Assembly: GCA_043228905.1 (NCBI GenBank)
Contig: JBHGNT010000021.1
Coordinates: forward strand, 248,001 to 312,000
Reading direction: 5' to 3'
DNA from: Azolla caroliniana
Lineage: Eukaryota > Plantae > Polypodiophyta
Length of the DNA stretch: 64,000 nt
Shown here: piece after piece, positions 1 through 12,321 of the stretch
Numbering within the stretch: the first letter of the stretch is position 1
Layout of the letters: each line of letters begins with the position of its first letter
Made by a program: the position numbers and the translations under genes
Notes under the pieces: model-generated
Seen by the model: the letters and a program-made list of their open reading frames with translations, nothing else
Database searches by the model: none
Told to the model about the DNA's origin: nothing

Positions 1-2323
1 ATCGCGATGGCGACATGGTCAGGCGAGAGGGTTGATGTGGACTGAACGAAGTAGGTTTTACATTTTTCATTAGGATGATTGATGATGGCGGCGTGGATTG
101 AAGCATATTTCCATGAGAAAAGGATGAATGATGATGGTGCGGGGGCTGAAGCATATCATCAGGAGATGAGGAAACTACACTCATTTTGTTATTGGTGATG
201 AGGATTGAATGAAGCAAATTTTTGTTTTGGGATAAGGATGAGTGAAGATTTTGTGGGGGTCGAAGCACATTTTCTTGAGGAGATGACAACACGTTATTAT
301 TTTGTTGTTAGAGGCAGCTGAGTTTGGTGGGAATCGTCAGCATGGTTGCATCGTATTTATTCAAAGTGTAGAAGCTCTGAATAATCTGATATGTTTCAAT
401 CTGCAGTACAAGAGAATGCTTTCTCTCTTCGAGGAAATAATAGCTTGTTGTACACACATGTTGAAGAAATGAGTTTATTGAATCCATTTAGCATGGTTTA
501 TGGGAGATGTGGAATGCCATATGATGGTACCAAACTGCATCAAAATCTGAAGGAATGATGAGTAAATATGTGGTTCACCACATTATTTTATGGTCCTTAT
601 CAAAGGCTATATTAAGTGGACTTGAAAAGGCCTTGAGGGAGTGTCTACTTACCAAGATACAGTTTCATGGAATGTTGTAAAGATCCTAGCAAACAAACTC
701 TTTAGTGGTCTTATGATTTCGGTGGCAACAATTCATCAACATCAACCATTGGAATTCATCCACAAAGTTTCGATCAGATTGCAAGGATTTCTGGTAGTTT
801 GGTGAACATTGGAAGCAGGGCTAAGGTGTGTTGGAGAGAAACTCCTAATCAAATGAGAGACAGAATGCCTAGAAATATATTTGGCATAGACTCCATTAAT
901 AAAGGTCATTGGTGCCAATTCCTTGATTAATACAGTTGTTATAGGTGGTTGGATTGTTGAAGCTACATGATTGTTCAAGAGGTTTTTACTAAAATATGTT
1001 GCAATATTCATTGTAATATTGGACTGTTTTGTATATTGACTTCTTTAAATACCAATGGAAGATATTTTTTTGGAAAAAAAAAGTACAAGTACTCATGTTT
1101 ATGAAACAAAGGTTCTTGTGCATACTTCAAGGATTAGCTAGAGAGAGGAGAGAAAGATCTAGAAATTTTTTAAAGGGATAAGTCATAGCATGGCTGCCAA
1201 CTATGGAGAAAAAAAGAAAAAGGAACAAATCATTCATGTGTTAAGAAGGTAGGTACAAGGGAGCAACATAGGACCAAATTAATCAAACCATAAGAATATT
1301 GATTATTGTTATGATTAGATCAAATTGATGATATTATTGAAAATATGGAAATAAATAAGTGAGGACATCATTCCTCCACAACACCCCCTAGCAAAGGATT
1401 GGAGATGATCCTTAAACCCCAATGGTGTTCTTGTGTGAGCATGCTACTTGAGCAAGTCATTTGTGCTAGAAGACTTTTAAACTCCTTTTTGTGGGTTTCC
1501 TTGTGTAATTTCCACTTTTGCAAATTAGTGTTGACTTGAGAAAACCTCATAGTCAAGGAAAGGTTGGACTTGAATTGATAAAAGCTTACACTAAAGTGGA
1601 GGAATTCCTTCACCTTTCATGAATGTCATGACTTGACTAGGCTCTCACTCACTCTCCCTCTCATCAAAGTGACACTTAAGTCATTATTATAGGATTATGG
1701 CTAATTACAACCATTTAATACAACAAAACCCAAATTAATACCCAAAAACTCTAGCTTTTTACAAGAAAAACCCTTTACAAAATGGGGTTTATAACATGAT
1801 TGCAAATATAATTACAATAGTGAGTGAGAGAAGTGTTTACAACGATGTGGTCTAACTCCACACCCGCACTCATTGCTCACCCAACCCAAACTCCAAGCAA
1901 GAAGAAGAAAATGAAAAGACCCTAAAACTTAGAAAATAAAACACCTCTAAACCCTTCCAAAAACAAAACCCAAAATGAGCCCCAACCCTCCCTTTTCACA
2001 ATGGGAGAAGAGGCTCACCCACAACAATAAATGCTCCCCAATCCTCCTCCATCAAAAACCTAAAATAAGGTAGTTAACACCCCCATACACATGCTAAGAT
2101 TCAAATCCTACGCTTTCTATTATATAAACAAGAATCTTAATCACTAAGCAATTGACTTTTTATTAAACTCATACTTTTTAGATTGTATTTACATTTTTTT
2201 TAAAGATTTTTTGTATTTACATATTTGTATTGATTTCTGTACATTCTTTTTCCCCCCTCATTTCCCTACGTCTCGCCTTTGGTCTTGCCACGTGATGTGG
2301 GAAGGGCATGAGTGAAAATATGT

Positions 2324-3580
2324 TGTCGTGAAGTTTCGTGCACGTGTGTTACTTGGGCGGGACCACGGGGGTCTTGGACTAGGGAGTACTCAAGGGATAG
2401 AGAAGACCCGAGGTTTGCTTTACGACAATACTACTTCCCGACCCCTTCCCGAGCAAGGTCTCGTTGCCCTTTGTTTTGTGAGGCCGGTGGCTCTCGTTGA
2501 TCACGACTCGTCGACCTTCCGAGATCACCGCACGAGCCAAGTGTCCAAACGGGTGCAAGCAAGATGAGCACGCAACATGAACGCACAAGGGGACGATAAC
2601 ACAAACACGAATGTCCGTACGTCTTTATGAGGAGGGGAGGTGCATGGGCACGCCCGAACGCTCCCTCGTCACAAGACGTCGAACGTACGAGGAAGACACA
2701 AAACACATGCACAAATGCTCGTACACCTTTATGAGGAGAGGTGCATGGGCAAGCCCGAACGCTCCCTCGTCACGAGACAGCCGAACATACAAGAAAGACA
2801 CAAACACATGCACAAAATGCTCGTACGCCTTTATGAGGAGGAGAGGTGCATGGCCAAGCCCGAACAGTCCCCTCGTCACAAAACGGTCGAACGTACAAGA
2901 AAGACACAAACACACGCACAAAATGCTCGTACGCCTTTATGAGGAGGAGAGGTGCATAGGCAAGCCCGAACGGTCCCCTCGTCACAAGACGGCCAAACGT
3001 ACAAGAAAGACACAAACACAGGCACAAAATGCTCGTACGCCTTTATGAGGAGGAGAGGTGCATGGGCAAGCCCGAACGGTCCCCTCGTCATAAGACGGCC
3101 GAACGTACAAGGAAGACACGAATAAAGAAAGAAGGAGAGAAAGAAACACGAAAGATATCGACCAAAGAGATAAATATGTGTTCGATTCCAACGCAAGAGG
3201 ACCCTTTATAAAATAGGGTTTTGTTTACAATGGCAACTTATAGTTAACCACAACCTCAATCAAAACATAAATATTAAATGCCCTTAGAGACAAAGAAAAT
3301 CCGAACACAGCGAAGATGAACACACGAGCACCACCAAAATGCCAATCCCAACGAACCACGTCCACCCGAACGGCGAGCACACGGGCTCGCAACGACGAAC
3401 GGGGCGGAGCAACGTCGAACAACGAAGCTTGGGCTCACGAGCACTTCGAGTGCCGACGCAAAGAAGACGAGCACGTGGCGATGGGGGGGATGAAGGGGTA
3501 TGAGATGAAGAGAAGTGGTGAATAAGGAGATGAAGAGCTTTGAAGGAAAATTGGCGATAGTCTCCTCCTCCCAAAAATGA
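2324..3580 (-). mobile_element. LTR-like segment (minus orientation), same family as the solo LTR at 11240-12321
   Basis: Starts TGTCGTGAAG on + (reads ...CTTCACGACA on -). 2356-2389 GGCGGGACCACGGGGGTCTTGGACTAGGGAGTA matches the reverse complement of the 3' end of the 11240 LTR (~12254-12287). TATA-like CCCTATTTTATAAGGG on - at ~3202-3217. Right boundary is approximate. Confidence 0.6.
2598..3120. repeat. Tandem array of about 5 x ~105 bp inside the LTR-like segment
   Basis: The unit ...AAATGCTCGTACGCCTTTATGAGGAGGAGAGGTGCATGGGCAAGCCCGAAC...CCCTCGTCACAAGACG... recurs head to tail, which explains the repetitive ORFs in several frames. Confidence 0.9.
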
Positions 3581-3590
3581 CCTCCCGAAT

Positions 3591-6059
3591 GTGAGCGATC
3601 AAAGCACATCACGGCCTAGCCCGAAGATGGACAAAGGCAAGGCGAAAATGTCGGACTACGAAGACGATCGCTTCGACGACGATGAGTCGACTCACTCACT
3701 CGACAGTGAGTTCGGCGGCTTCGATGTACCAATCGAAGCTAAGAAAGCCCTCATCTCTGCAAATAAAAAGCCTCGTCGCTCCACCCTTGAAAAGAATCTG
3801 GTTAGCCGATTCGGCTACAACGACTACATGGCATATCACTATGCCTTTATGATGAAGGTGGTGACAGTACGCGAGCTGGAAACATTCTCCGAAGCAGCCA
3901 GCGATCCGCGATGGATCAAAGCCATGAACGAGGAGATGCAGGCACTACGCAAGAATGAGACGTGGGATCTCGTTCCCACCTCACCACACAAAAAGGCGAT
4001 CGGATGCAGATGGATTTACAAAGTGAAGTACAACGCCGACGGTTCCGTCAACTGCTACAAAGCGTGACTCGTAGCGAAAGGCTACGCACAAACGCACGGA
4101 GTTGACTACGAAGAGACCTTTGCCCCGGTGGCAAAGATGACGACAGTACAGACCGTAATTGCGCTTGCCGCAGCGAATTGGAAGAGGAGGTGTACATGAT
4201 ACAACCACCCGGCTTCAACTCGAGCACCCATCTGAAAGTTGTATGCCGACTCAAGAACCCACTCTACGGCCTCAAGCAAGCACCGCGTGCTTGGCATTTG
4301 AAGATAACGCAATATCTTCATCAAATCGGCTTCCGTATGTCAAAATCGGACAACTCCCTCTACTTACGAAGCGATTCCGCCAGTCTGATCGTCATCATCT
4401 TATATGTGGATGACCTAGTCATTGGAGGCGAGCATCTCGTCAAACTCAATAAGGTCAAATCCCTCCTTTCCGACAAGTTCGAGATGACGGACATGAAGGA
4501 GCTCCACTACTTCCTCGGCATCGAGGTAATTCGAACTCCGGCCAAAATCATGATCTCTCAACGGCACTACATCCTCAACTTGTTATACAAGTTCGGGATG
4601 ACTGAGTGCAAATCCGCGGCAACCCCGCTCGATCGCAATCTCAAACTGGATGCGAACTCTGGCACCAAAGCGTGTGAGCCGACTTAGTATCGGCAACTCA
4701 TCGGGAGTCTCATCTACCTCATGATCACTCGACCCGATCTCAATTATCCGGTCGGTCTCCTTAGTCAATTCATGCAAACACCGCGTGATACTCACTTGGA
4801 TTGCGCTAAGCGAGTTCTACGATACGTGAGCGGCACAATGGATTGCGACATCCTATACAAGACCGCGATGCCAATACGACTTGAGGGGTACACAAACGCC
4901 GATTGGGCCGGCTACAAAGCCGATAGAAGATCAACCTCCGGATTTGTTTTAACCCTCGACAGTAGAGCAATATCTTGGGGCAGCAAAAAGCAACCAACCG
5001 TCGCTCTTTCGAGCACAGAGGCGGAATATAGGAGTGCGGCAGTGGCCGCATGTGAAGCCGTATGGCTCAAAAGGATACTCAAGGATCTGGGTGTACCCAT
5101 CAAGGATCCGACTTCCCTTTACTGCGACAACATGAGCAGTATCTATCTGGCTCAAAACTTGGTGTTCCACGCGTGGACAAAGCACATCGAAGTGCACTAT
5201 CACTTCATCCGAGAGCACGTTCTAGCTGGCGATGTCAACCTACAACACATTAGCACCAATCTTCAAACGACCGACATCTTCACTAAAGCCTTAGGAGCCG
5301 ACAAGCTGTGGCAATTCATGACCGATCTCGGATTGACGATCCTTGACCTGCCAAGCTTGAGGGGGAGTACTGAAGCAACTACGCAATAACGCGTGGATTC
5401 TACAACCGCGCAACAAAGCCGCGAAGAAAGACGCAAGCCGAAGCACAGACTTTGCAACTACGCAATAACCTGTGGATTCCGCAACCGCGCAACGAAGCCG
5501 TGAAGAAAGATGCAAGCCGAAGCACAGACTTCGCAACTACGCACAACACAAGCTGGAGCACGGATTCTGCAACTCCGCATACATGCGAGTCGACGCGGAC
5601 TCCGGAACGCGAGTCGAAGCAGATTTCAGATACCATCTAAAACCGACCCGACTTGAGCTTGAGGGGGTGTGTTGAGAATCAAGCTCAACTTGGTCTAGTG
5701 TGTGAACTCACCTTGAGAGTGAATAGACACTCCAACGGTCAAGAGTCACCATTATGTCACCTCTTTGTATTCTAGCATTTATTATGAGTCATAGAACCAT
5801 ATTCTATGACACATAACTTATGAGCTTTCACATTCCCCATGCTCCATGAGTCTTCTAGTTAATGAAGAGAGAGGGTGACTATATAAAGCACCCTCCTCCC
5901 ACCTTGTATTTAGTTGAGTCTTTCTCCTTTGTTAATAGAATCTACCTTGCGTATATTTTGTGTTTTACTCCTTGTCTCTCTCTCACTCACTCTGTCTCTC
6001 ATAAACACACACAGTTCACACCTATTCCACTACACAAGAATCACACCCGATTCTTTACA
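3591..6059 (+). mobile_element. 5'-truncated, degraded Ty1/copia retrotransposon (RT-RNase H, 3' UTR repeats, PPT, 3' LTR)
   Basis: Copia RT motifs WIKAMNEEMQAL, LYGLKQAPRAW, YVDDL and RNase H motifs ADWAG, SSTEAEY, KHIEVHYHF. In-frame stops at ~4065 and ~4685 and a frameshift at ~4178. ~80-bp tandem repeats at 5370-5590. PPT GAGGGGG at 5661-5667. No gag, protease or integrase core seen upstream. Confidence 0.92.
5670..6059 (+). repeat. 3' LTR of the degraded copia
   Basis: Follows the PPT, begins TGTTGAGAAT and ends ATTCTTTACA (imperfect terminal inverted repeat). Internal TATATAAA at ~5879. Confidence 0.85.
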
Positions 6060-6685
6060 GAACTGTATGGCTGCATGTTCTGTTTGGAAACGTATGTTGC
6101 GTCTCATTGATGTTGCAAATGGACCTAATGTGATTGCATGGGGAGATGTCTTTTGGATGGATGTAAATGTGGATAAACATAATTATGAAAGGGAAAAGAT
6201 ATTATTTACCCTTCAAACTAGGGGAAGGCAAGTTAAGGACATAGCATACTCAAGCCCAAATCGGTTGAATGTGGATGCCACAATATGGGCTACGATATCG
6301 TCGGTGGTTCTATGGAATATTTGTATAGGTCGATGTCAAAATGTGTTTCAACAAATAAAGCAAAATCTTGTTCATTGTGTGAAGGAAATTTGGTCGATGC
6401 TTATCTCAATTCTAAAAGGTCAATATGACTCCTTCACAGGTAATGAAGATATGATTTTTCTGAAACAACAATCCTTTAAAGGCAAATGGAAGGAATTTGT
6501 TAGTTTTTGTGGAGAGAAATGACAAAATGGAATGGCATTACGTACCCCCCCGATGGTTGTTTCCTCCATTAGGACATAATGGGGGATATCTTACCCGCCA
6601 CTAAATTGTATCATTATAGGCTTGTATTTGCTTATTGCATTGGTAAAGGAAACTATGGTGTAGTTTAAAAAAAAAGAAAAAAAAA
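6060..6685 (+). mobile_element. 3' end of an L1-like LINE with A-rich tail
   Basis: WATISSVVLWNICIGRCQNVF...LKGQYD resembles plant L1 ORF2 C-termini and the fragment at 25005-25514. A-rich tail at 6667-6685. Confidence 0.65.
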
Positions 6686-7934
6686 GGGTCAAGCTTTTGA
6701 GTCCTATCTAGACTAAGAAAGATCTAGAAGATGTCAATGGGGCAAACAAGAGTGTTAACTACTTGCCATTCATGACAGAAGTTACCGACACCAACAATGA
6801 ACATGAAGTTCACGAAGACAATAGGAAATAGGGAATATAGTAAATATTACTAGAAAGGTTATCACACTTTAGTGAGTTTTAGAGCACTTCTTCCTCCTTG
6901 GGTCTCTCATTTCACTCAGTGGAAAAGAGTTGTCACTCTCACCTCTTAATATTTCATCAAAGCTTAAGAGTGTTTAAGGTTAATAGTAATTAGTTAAACC
7001 CTAATCACTCTAACTCTTGTATATGTTCCCAACTCTCTTTGATAAAAAGAAGTGGTGTGTTATTTACCTCTTTTATCTTATGTATGTGTGCATTGTCTAC
7101 ACACTTACTTCTATTGAGACAATGAGTGTAAGCGTTATAACCTAAGGTTAACAAAGCTAGAAACACGAGAGTGACTGACAACCACCATCACTCGGTTCAC
7201 TACCAAACGAGTACATGTTGGTTCCCTTGCCCCAATGATATCAAGGGAGGAAGAACTTCATCGTGCATTGATGTATTATGGTGTCCTACACATGGAAACC
7301 ACACAAAGAAGAACCCAAAGTGATGGACATGGTGATCAACATTTTGCTCACACCAAGTGCTCATGCAGGACAAATTAATCTACATGCATGCAAAAGTGAA
7401 AAAGGTGAGGAAAGTACCAAAAGAAAACATAATATCTTTATTTTCAGGAGGACCTCCAAAGACCTATAAAAGGGAGAGGAGAGCTCATCGTCAACAGGGA
7501 CCAAATTTAGTATGAGGAAGTCTCATTGCCAAACATTGTATGAGAGAGCTTAGGCTTGCGAACTAAGAGGGTGTTTAGGACCAACAACAATAAAAGGCGA
7601 CAGAGTTGTCTTGCTAATTCACTAAATCGAAACTTGAGGATCTCCTATTGAAGCTCCACTTTCTCTTAGAATATGTCTACCTTGTGGATCTATTTGCCAT
7701 CAAACCGCTCCATGGAACAAATTGAGTCACAACTTGCTTTTATTTAAATCTATTTTGTGAGCCTTCATTGTATTTTGACTCTAAGCTCTATTGCACTCTG
7801 CTTTTTGCCATTTGACGTCATCATTTGTTGCCACTACTACTGCTTGTTCACACGCCACCGCTCCACGATCATTGCAACTGTTGTCGTACCTGTTGTTGTT
7901 GTTGTTGCCATTGGTGCAGTTGTAGGGGGTGTTA

Positions 7935-8034
7935 NNNNNNNNNNNNNNNNNNNNNNNNNNNNNNNNNNNNNNNNNNNNNNNNNNNNNNNNNNNNNNNNNN
8001 NNNNNNNNNNNNNNNNNNNNNNNNNNNNNNNNNN
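7935..8034. other. Scaffold gap (100 N)
   Basis: Run of exactly 100 N; the true size is unknown. Confidence 0.99.
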
Positions 8035-8806
8035 ACACATCTGGTCTAATAGAAGGGGTCTAACAAATGTAGGGGTTATGCAATTGACCATGGAGAACTC
8101 ACTCTTGCAAGTGAGAGTGCTAACACGCACATACAAATATTATATTCGACAATCTCACATCATATCCTAAATAGCTGCATGATCTCCTTTTTGTTGTCAA
8201 GGGCTCATTAGAAAGAATCATTAAAAAGAAAATTGGAAGTAATTTTTTTTGAAAAGAACATAAAAATTATATTTTGCTGGTTCAAATGTATTTGTCTCTG
8301 AGTCCGTTGAATTGGTCTAGTTCATGTATAAACATAATTAGTCTAGAATTGATGCTCATCAATCGTGGGAAGTTGATGTTATAAGGTATTGACATTGTAT
8401 GCAATAAGTAGGTGAAGGCTTGGAGGCATTGCTGTAGACCAAAAATAATATATGGCACTGGCTAGACCTTCACCATCTCCCCCTTATAGTCAAGTAATTT
8501 CTTGATGTATAATATAAAAGGGTGCAAGATAAAGCTGCCAGCCTTGATTCATATTAATGTTGGTATAGATGCACTCTAAAATATTTCCAAAGGATTTAAC
8601 TCTGCAATGGTGGGGACCAATATTGTGCCTATATGAGATCTTACTCTATATGCCTATGAGAGGTACCTCCTGATGACATAAGCTGCATATTCAAGTAAAA
8701 TTTGAAATTATGGTGTGAGTTGTCTGGTGTCAATACTGTATTACTATATGATTCAATATACGATGTTTCTGAGCACATTATATTGACACTGACGCTTCCG
8801 TTGCAG

Positions 8807-8892
8807 GAATAAGTCTCTCAGTTGACCAATGGGATATTCTTAAAGGCAAGGTTTCTGCAATAGAAAATGCAATAGCCGAACTGCAATCATAA
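8807..8892 (+). CDS. Terminal exon of a PC4/p15-family transcriptional coactivator (KIWI/KELP-like)
   Basis: Acceptor TTGCAG at 8801-8806. Phase-1 reading gives (G)ISLSVDQWDILKGKVSAIENAIAELQS*, matching the KGISL..QW..L....AIE.AI C-terminus of PC4-domain proteins. Upstream exons not seen and probably lie in or before the gap. Confidence 0.8.
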
Positions 8893-9004
8893 TATTACAG
8901 TTTATCTCTCTTTATTGCATGGAGATGCAATCATCCCTGCTACTCTATTACCAGTAATTTGCACAGAGGAGAGCTCTCTTATGCCCATATATGCTCCTTA
9001 AGGT

Positions 9005-9335
9005 TTAATTCAGTTCCATAGTGTTCTGAATACGTGACTAAATGAAAGATTGGAAGTCAGGGGACTGGTGCAAGTTATGGCTGCATTGGCAATGAAGCAA
9101 AGAAAATTGCTGGACACACTCTTTAGGAAAAAGTTAACATTTCAAGTATGCAGAAATTTTGTAACATTTTGGGCTCCTTTTTATTCAGTTCCATGGTGTT
9201 CTGAATACATGACAACTGAAAGATTTGAAGTGAGGGGATTGGTACCTAAAGTTATGACGCATCGGCAATGAAACAAGGAAAATTGCTGGATGCACTGTTT
9301 AGGAAAATGTTAACATTATAAGTATGTAGAAATTT
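9005..9335. repeat. Tandem duplication, 2 x ~170 bp
   Basis: ATTCAGTTCCAT(A/G)GTGTTCTGAATAC...AAATTGCTGGA...TTTAGGAAAA..TTAACATT occurs twice. Confidence 0.8.
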
Positions 9336-11218
9336 TCTGACGTTTTTGGACAAGATTTATGGTTGCAAGGACAACAGAGCACTTGTAGCAGCTCCTTGTG
9401 TTTTCATCTGTCTTTTTCATTTGTATATACATTTTGGATGCAGTTTGTTGGTAATCAGTGCTTTTCTTTCCTGCCATAGGTATTAATTTATTTGGATGGA
9501 GATTATGGAAGGTCTCGTGATGGTAATTAGGGTGAGACAAAGATGGAGAAGGTGAATCAAAGGCTGATGCTAACAATGAGACATGCATTAGCTCAATTTA
9601 TTTGACGTGTCTCCGTCCTCAATAACTTGTATGCTATAGCCTTTTGGTTTTTAATTGGAGGGAGTGAAAGAAAACTTGTGCTCCATTCGTAATATTCACT
9701 ATATTCAAGAATATGAAATGGTCCCAAGAATATTGTGGTGTCACACCCTTTTGGCATGCATGCAACTAGGCCAACCCAAAATGGATACCTTTGTATCTTC
9801 TATAAATTGAATGATAAGTAAGAAGCTAAGCAAGTTGGTTTGGATTCCTTTTATGTGCATTTCACATAATTGGTGGAGAAGTGGGGTAAAATTTTAGCCA
9901 CTACCACCTCGTTCATGGCATCCCAATTCCCTTCTGTCACCTTCGAAGCTGATACCCCTATGCAGCTTGAGTTCTTGCAACCTCATGAACGGCCACCCCC
10001 TTCCCAAATGGAGCAGCTCTTGCAAGTCCTCTCCAACACCATGCTACAAATCAGCCACACGAATCAAGCTATGCTCTCTTTCCTCTCCGCTAACGACCGT
10101 GGTTAAGATTGACCTGATTCCAAGGTCCGTCGAAGTCCTTCTCTGGTTTGCCTTCAAAGGATGTCTTAGCTTAGTTGGACCACTTTCAGATTATCTCCAG
10201 TTACCATCGATGGTCTAACGAGCACAAAGCTTTGGATGTTCGTACCTTGCTTGAAAATGTCGTTGCCACCTGGTATGTACAACAATAAAGTGAAGTGATA
10301 GAGAATTGGGTGATTCTTCGAGATCTCCTCGTGCAAAACTTTAACCATCAAAAATCAGCCCAAACGACATTGCAACAACTCGAAACGTTGCAACATCAAG
10401 CACATGAACCCGTGGGCCAATTTGGTGTTCGCCTCAATTAACTCCTCATTCGCACCAACCCTACCATGCTCGAGCATGTGAAGCTTTTCTTTCTTATGGC
10501 CCCGTTTGTGCCATGACATCACTCACCGCGATCGGGACCAGGGTCCCAAGACTTTCAATGATACCATCCTCATTGCCCAATGCATCGAAGCTCGTATGTT
10601 ATCCAACTCTCGACCACGTTGGCCCCATCCATCATTGACCCGCCCTGCAAGCTCAGTACCAGGCAGTGGGCCCCATGGACATTGATGTCCAAAACGTGCA
10701 ACTATAGGCTTGCCGCAACCTTCCCAATCGTGATGGCCAAGGGCACCCGAAGTGTTTCTACTGCAACAATTATGGACATGTCCGACCTCAGTCCTGGAAA
10801 TTGCAACAATAGTCTCACAACCAACAAGTCCAGATAACCATGGCTGACGCGACATCGTTAGCTGAGCTTCCCGGAAACTAACTTCCAGGGTGCTGATGGA
10901 AGAGCCAGCACCCCACATCCAAGCGTCCACCTCTTCTAGCTCGAAGGTATGCACCGCTCTCGATACCATCAATCACTTCACCTACAACATCTTGTTAGAC
11001 TCTGGTAGTAGTATCTCTTCCATTAGCACCGCCTTAGTTCACCAGTTAGGCCTCCCCACATCCATCACTCCTTCCATCCAAGTCTTTTCTAGCGATCACC
11101 AACATCTATACCACTCTCGCACGCAAGCCCACTGCACCTTCACCTTAGGCACTCTCACCTTCTCACACCACTTTTATGTCTTGCCCCACTAACTCTTCCC
11201 CCTCACCATAGGTTGCAA

Positions 11219-11582
11219 TTCGTTCCTCAAGCATCACACTGTCGTGAAGATTTTCGGATACGGTGAGAAAACCAGGAGGGACAAATAAAATGGGGATGTG
11301 CAACATTGCACATGCACTTGTAAATTTGTGTAATAAGAATAAGTAAACAAAATGTAATTGGAAGGGTAATAATCTAAGGTGCTAAAGGTGCACCACGAAG
11401 TTCGTTCCTCAAGCATCACACTGTCGTGAAGATTTTCAGATACGGTGAGAAAACCAGGAGGGACAAATAAAATGGGGATGTGCAACATTGCACATGCACT
11501 TGTAAATTTGTGTAATAAGAATAAGTAAACAAAATGTAATTGGAAGGGTAATAATCTAAGGTGCTAAAGGTGCACCACGAAG
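11219..11582. repeat. Near-perfect 182-bp tandem duplication spanning the host/LTR junction
   Basis: 11219-11400 and 11401-11582 differ at one visible base (TTTTCGGA vs TTTTCAGA). TTCGT microhomology at the unit boundaries. Confidence 0.9.
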
Positions 11583-12321
11583 TTCGTAGAAGCATAAATG
11601 TGATGTGCACTTTATAGAGTAAAATGAGTAGTGAGCTCGTGTAAAAAGTAAGAGAGAGGAAAGGTAAAAAGTAGAGGGGAGATCAGCTAAGAATTTATAG
11701 AGATAGAATCATATATTATATAAGAGAGAGTTAATGGGCTAGTGGATAGTCACATTGATTTCTAGTTAAAGGCACATGGTTCAAATCTAGTCTTATAGTG
11801 CAGTGTGATTTAAGGAATTTTATTCCTTTTTTTGCATTAAAGATAAAATTGGTGACCCCCTTCCTTTTTTCCTATAAAGGGAGGTCGAGGGGGGCTCATT
11901 TGGGGTTGCCTATTTTGAGGGAGAGAGGTATAGCACTTAGGTCGAGGGTTCTTTTTGGGGTTTTAGGGTTTTGTCTAGGGTTTTACTATTCTTCTTCTTC
12001 TTCATACCATTTCGGGTTTAGGGTTTCGCTTAGGGTTGCTTCTTCTTCATCTTCTTTACTTTACTTATTCAGTTAGGGTTTTCTTGTAATCGTTTTGGTG
12101 CGGCCTATGCGGTCTTGGTTGTAATCGTTTGTGGAATCTTAATATAACTTGTTGTGTATCTTGCCTCCATCTATTCTATTCTATGTTTATGTGCTATTCT
12201 TCCTCTTCTCCTCTTGAGCTAAGCTTCCATTTTTTGTCTTATTCCTTCTCCTCTACTCCTTAGTCCAAGACCCTCGTGGTCCCGCCTCGGATCCTACACG
12301 TACTCGTGGAATACCGCGATA
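11240..12321 (+). mobile_element. Solo LTR nested in the gypsy protease region
   Basis: Begins TGTCGTGAAG, ends ...CCGCGATA (degenerate CACGACA), internal CCTATAAAGGG at ~11871. The host frame (FLKHH...VVIDFDAHKL) resumes after it. No clear TSD. Confidence 0.72.

Noticed and set aside
2598-3120. Regular repeats as a CRISPR-like array or repeat protein
   Set aside because: Units are contiguous ~105-bp tandem copies without unique spacers, lie inside an LTR in plant DNA, and no cas genes are present.
5914-6522. 202-aa ORF with a hydrophobic N-terminus as a gene
   Set aside because: It crosses the copia LTR end (6059) into an L1 remnant and has a non-ATG start, so it is a chance fusion.
7757-8170. 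ORFs containing X runs
   Set aside because: Artefacts of the 100-N gap and (GTT)n repeats.
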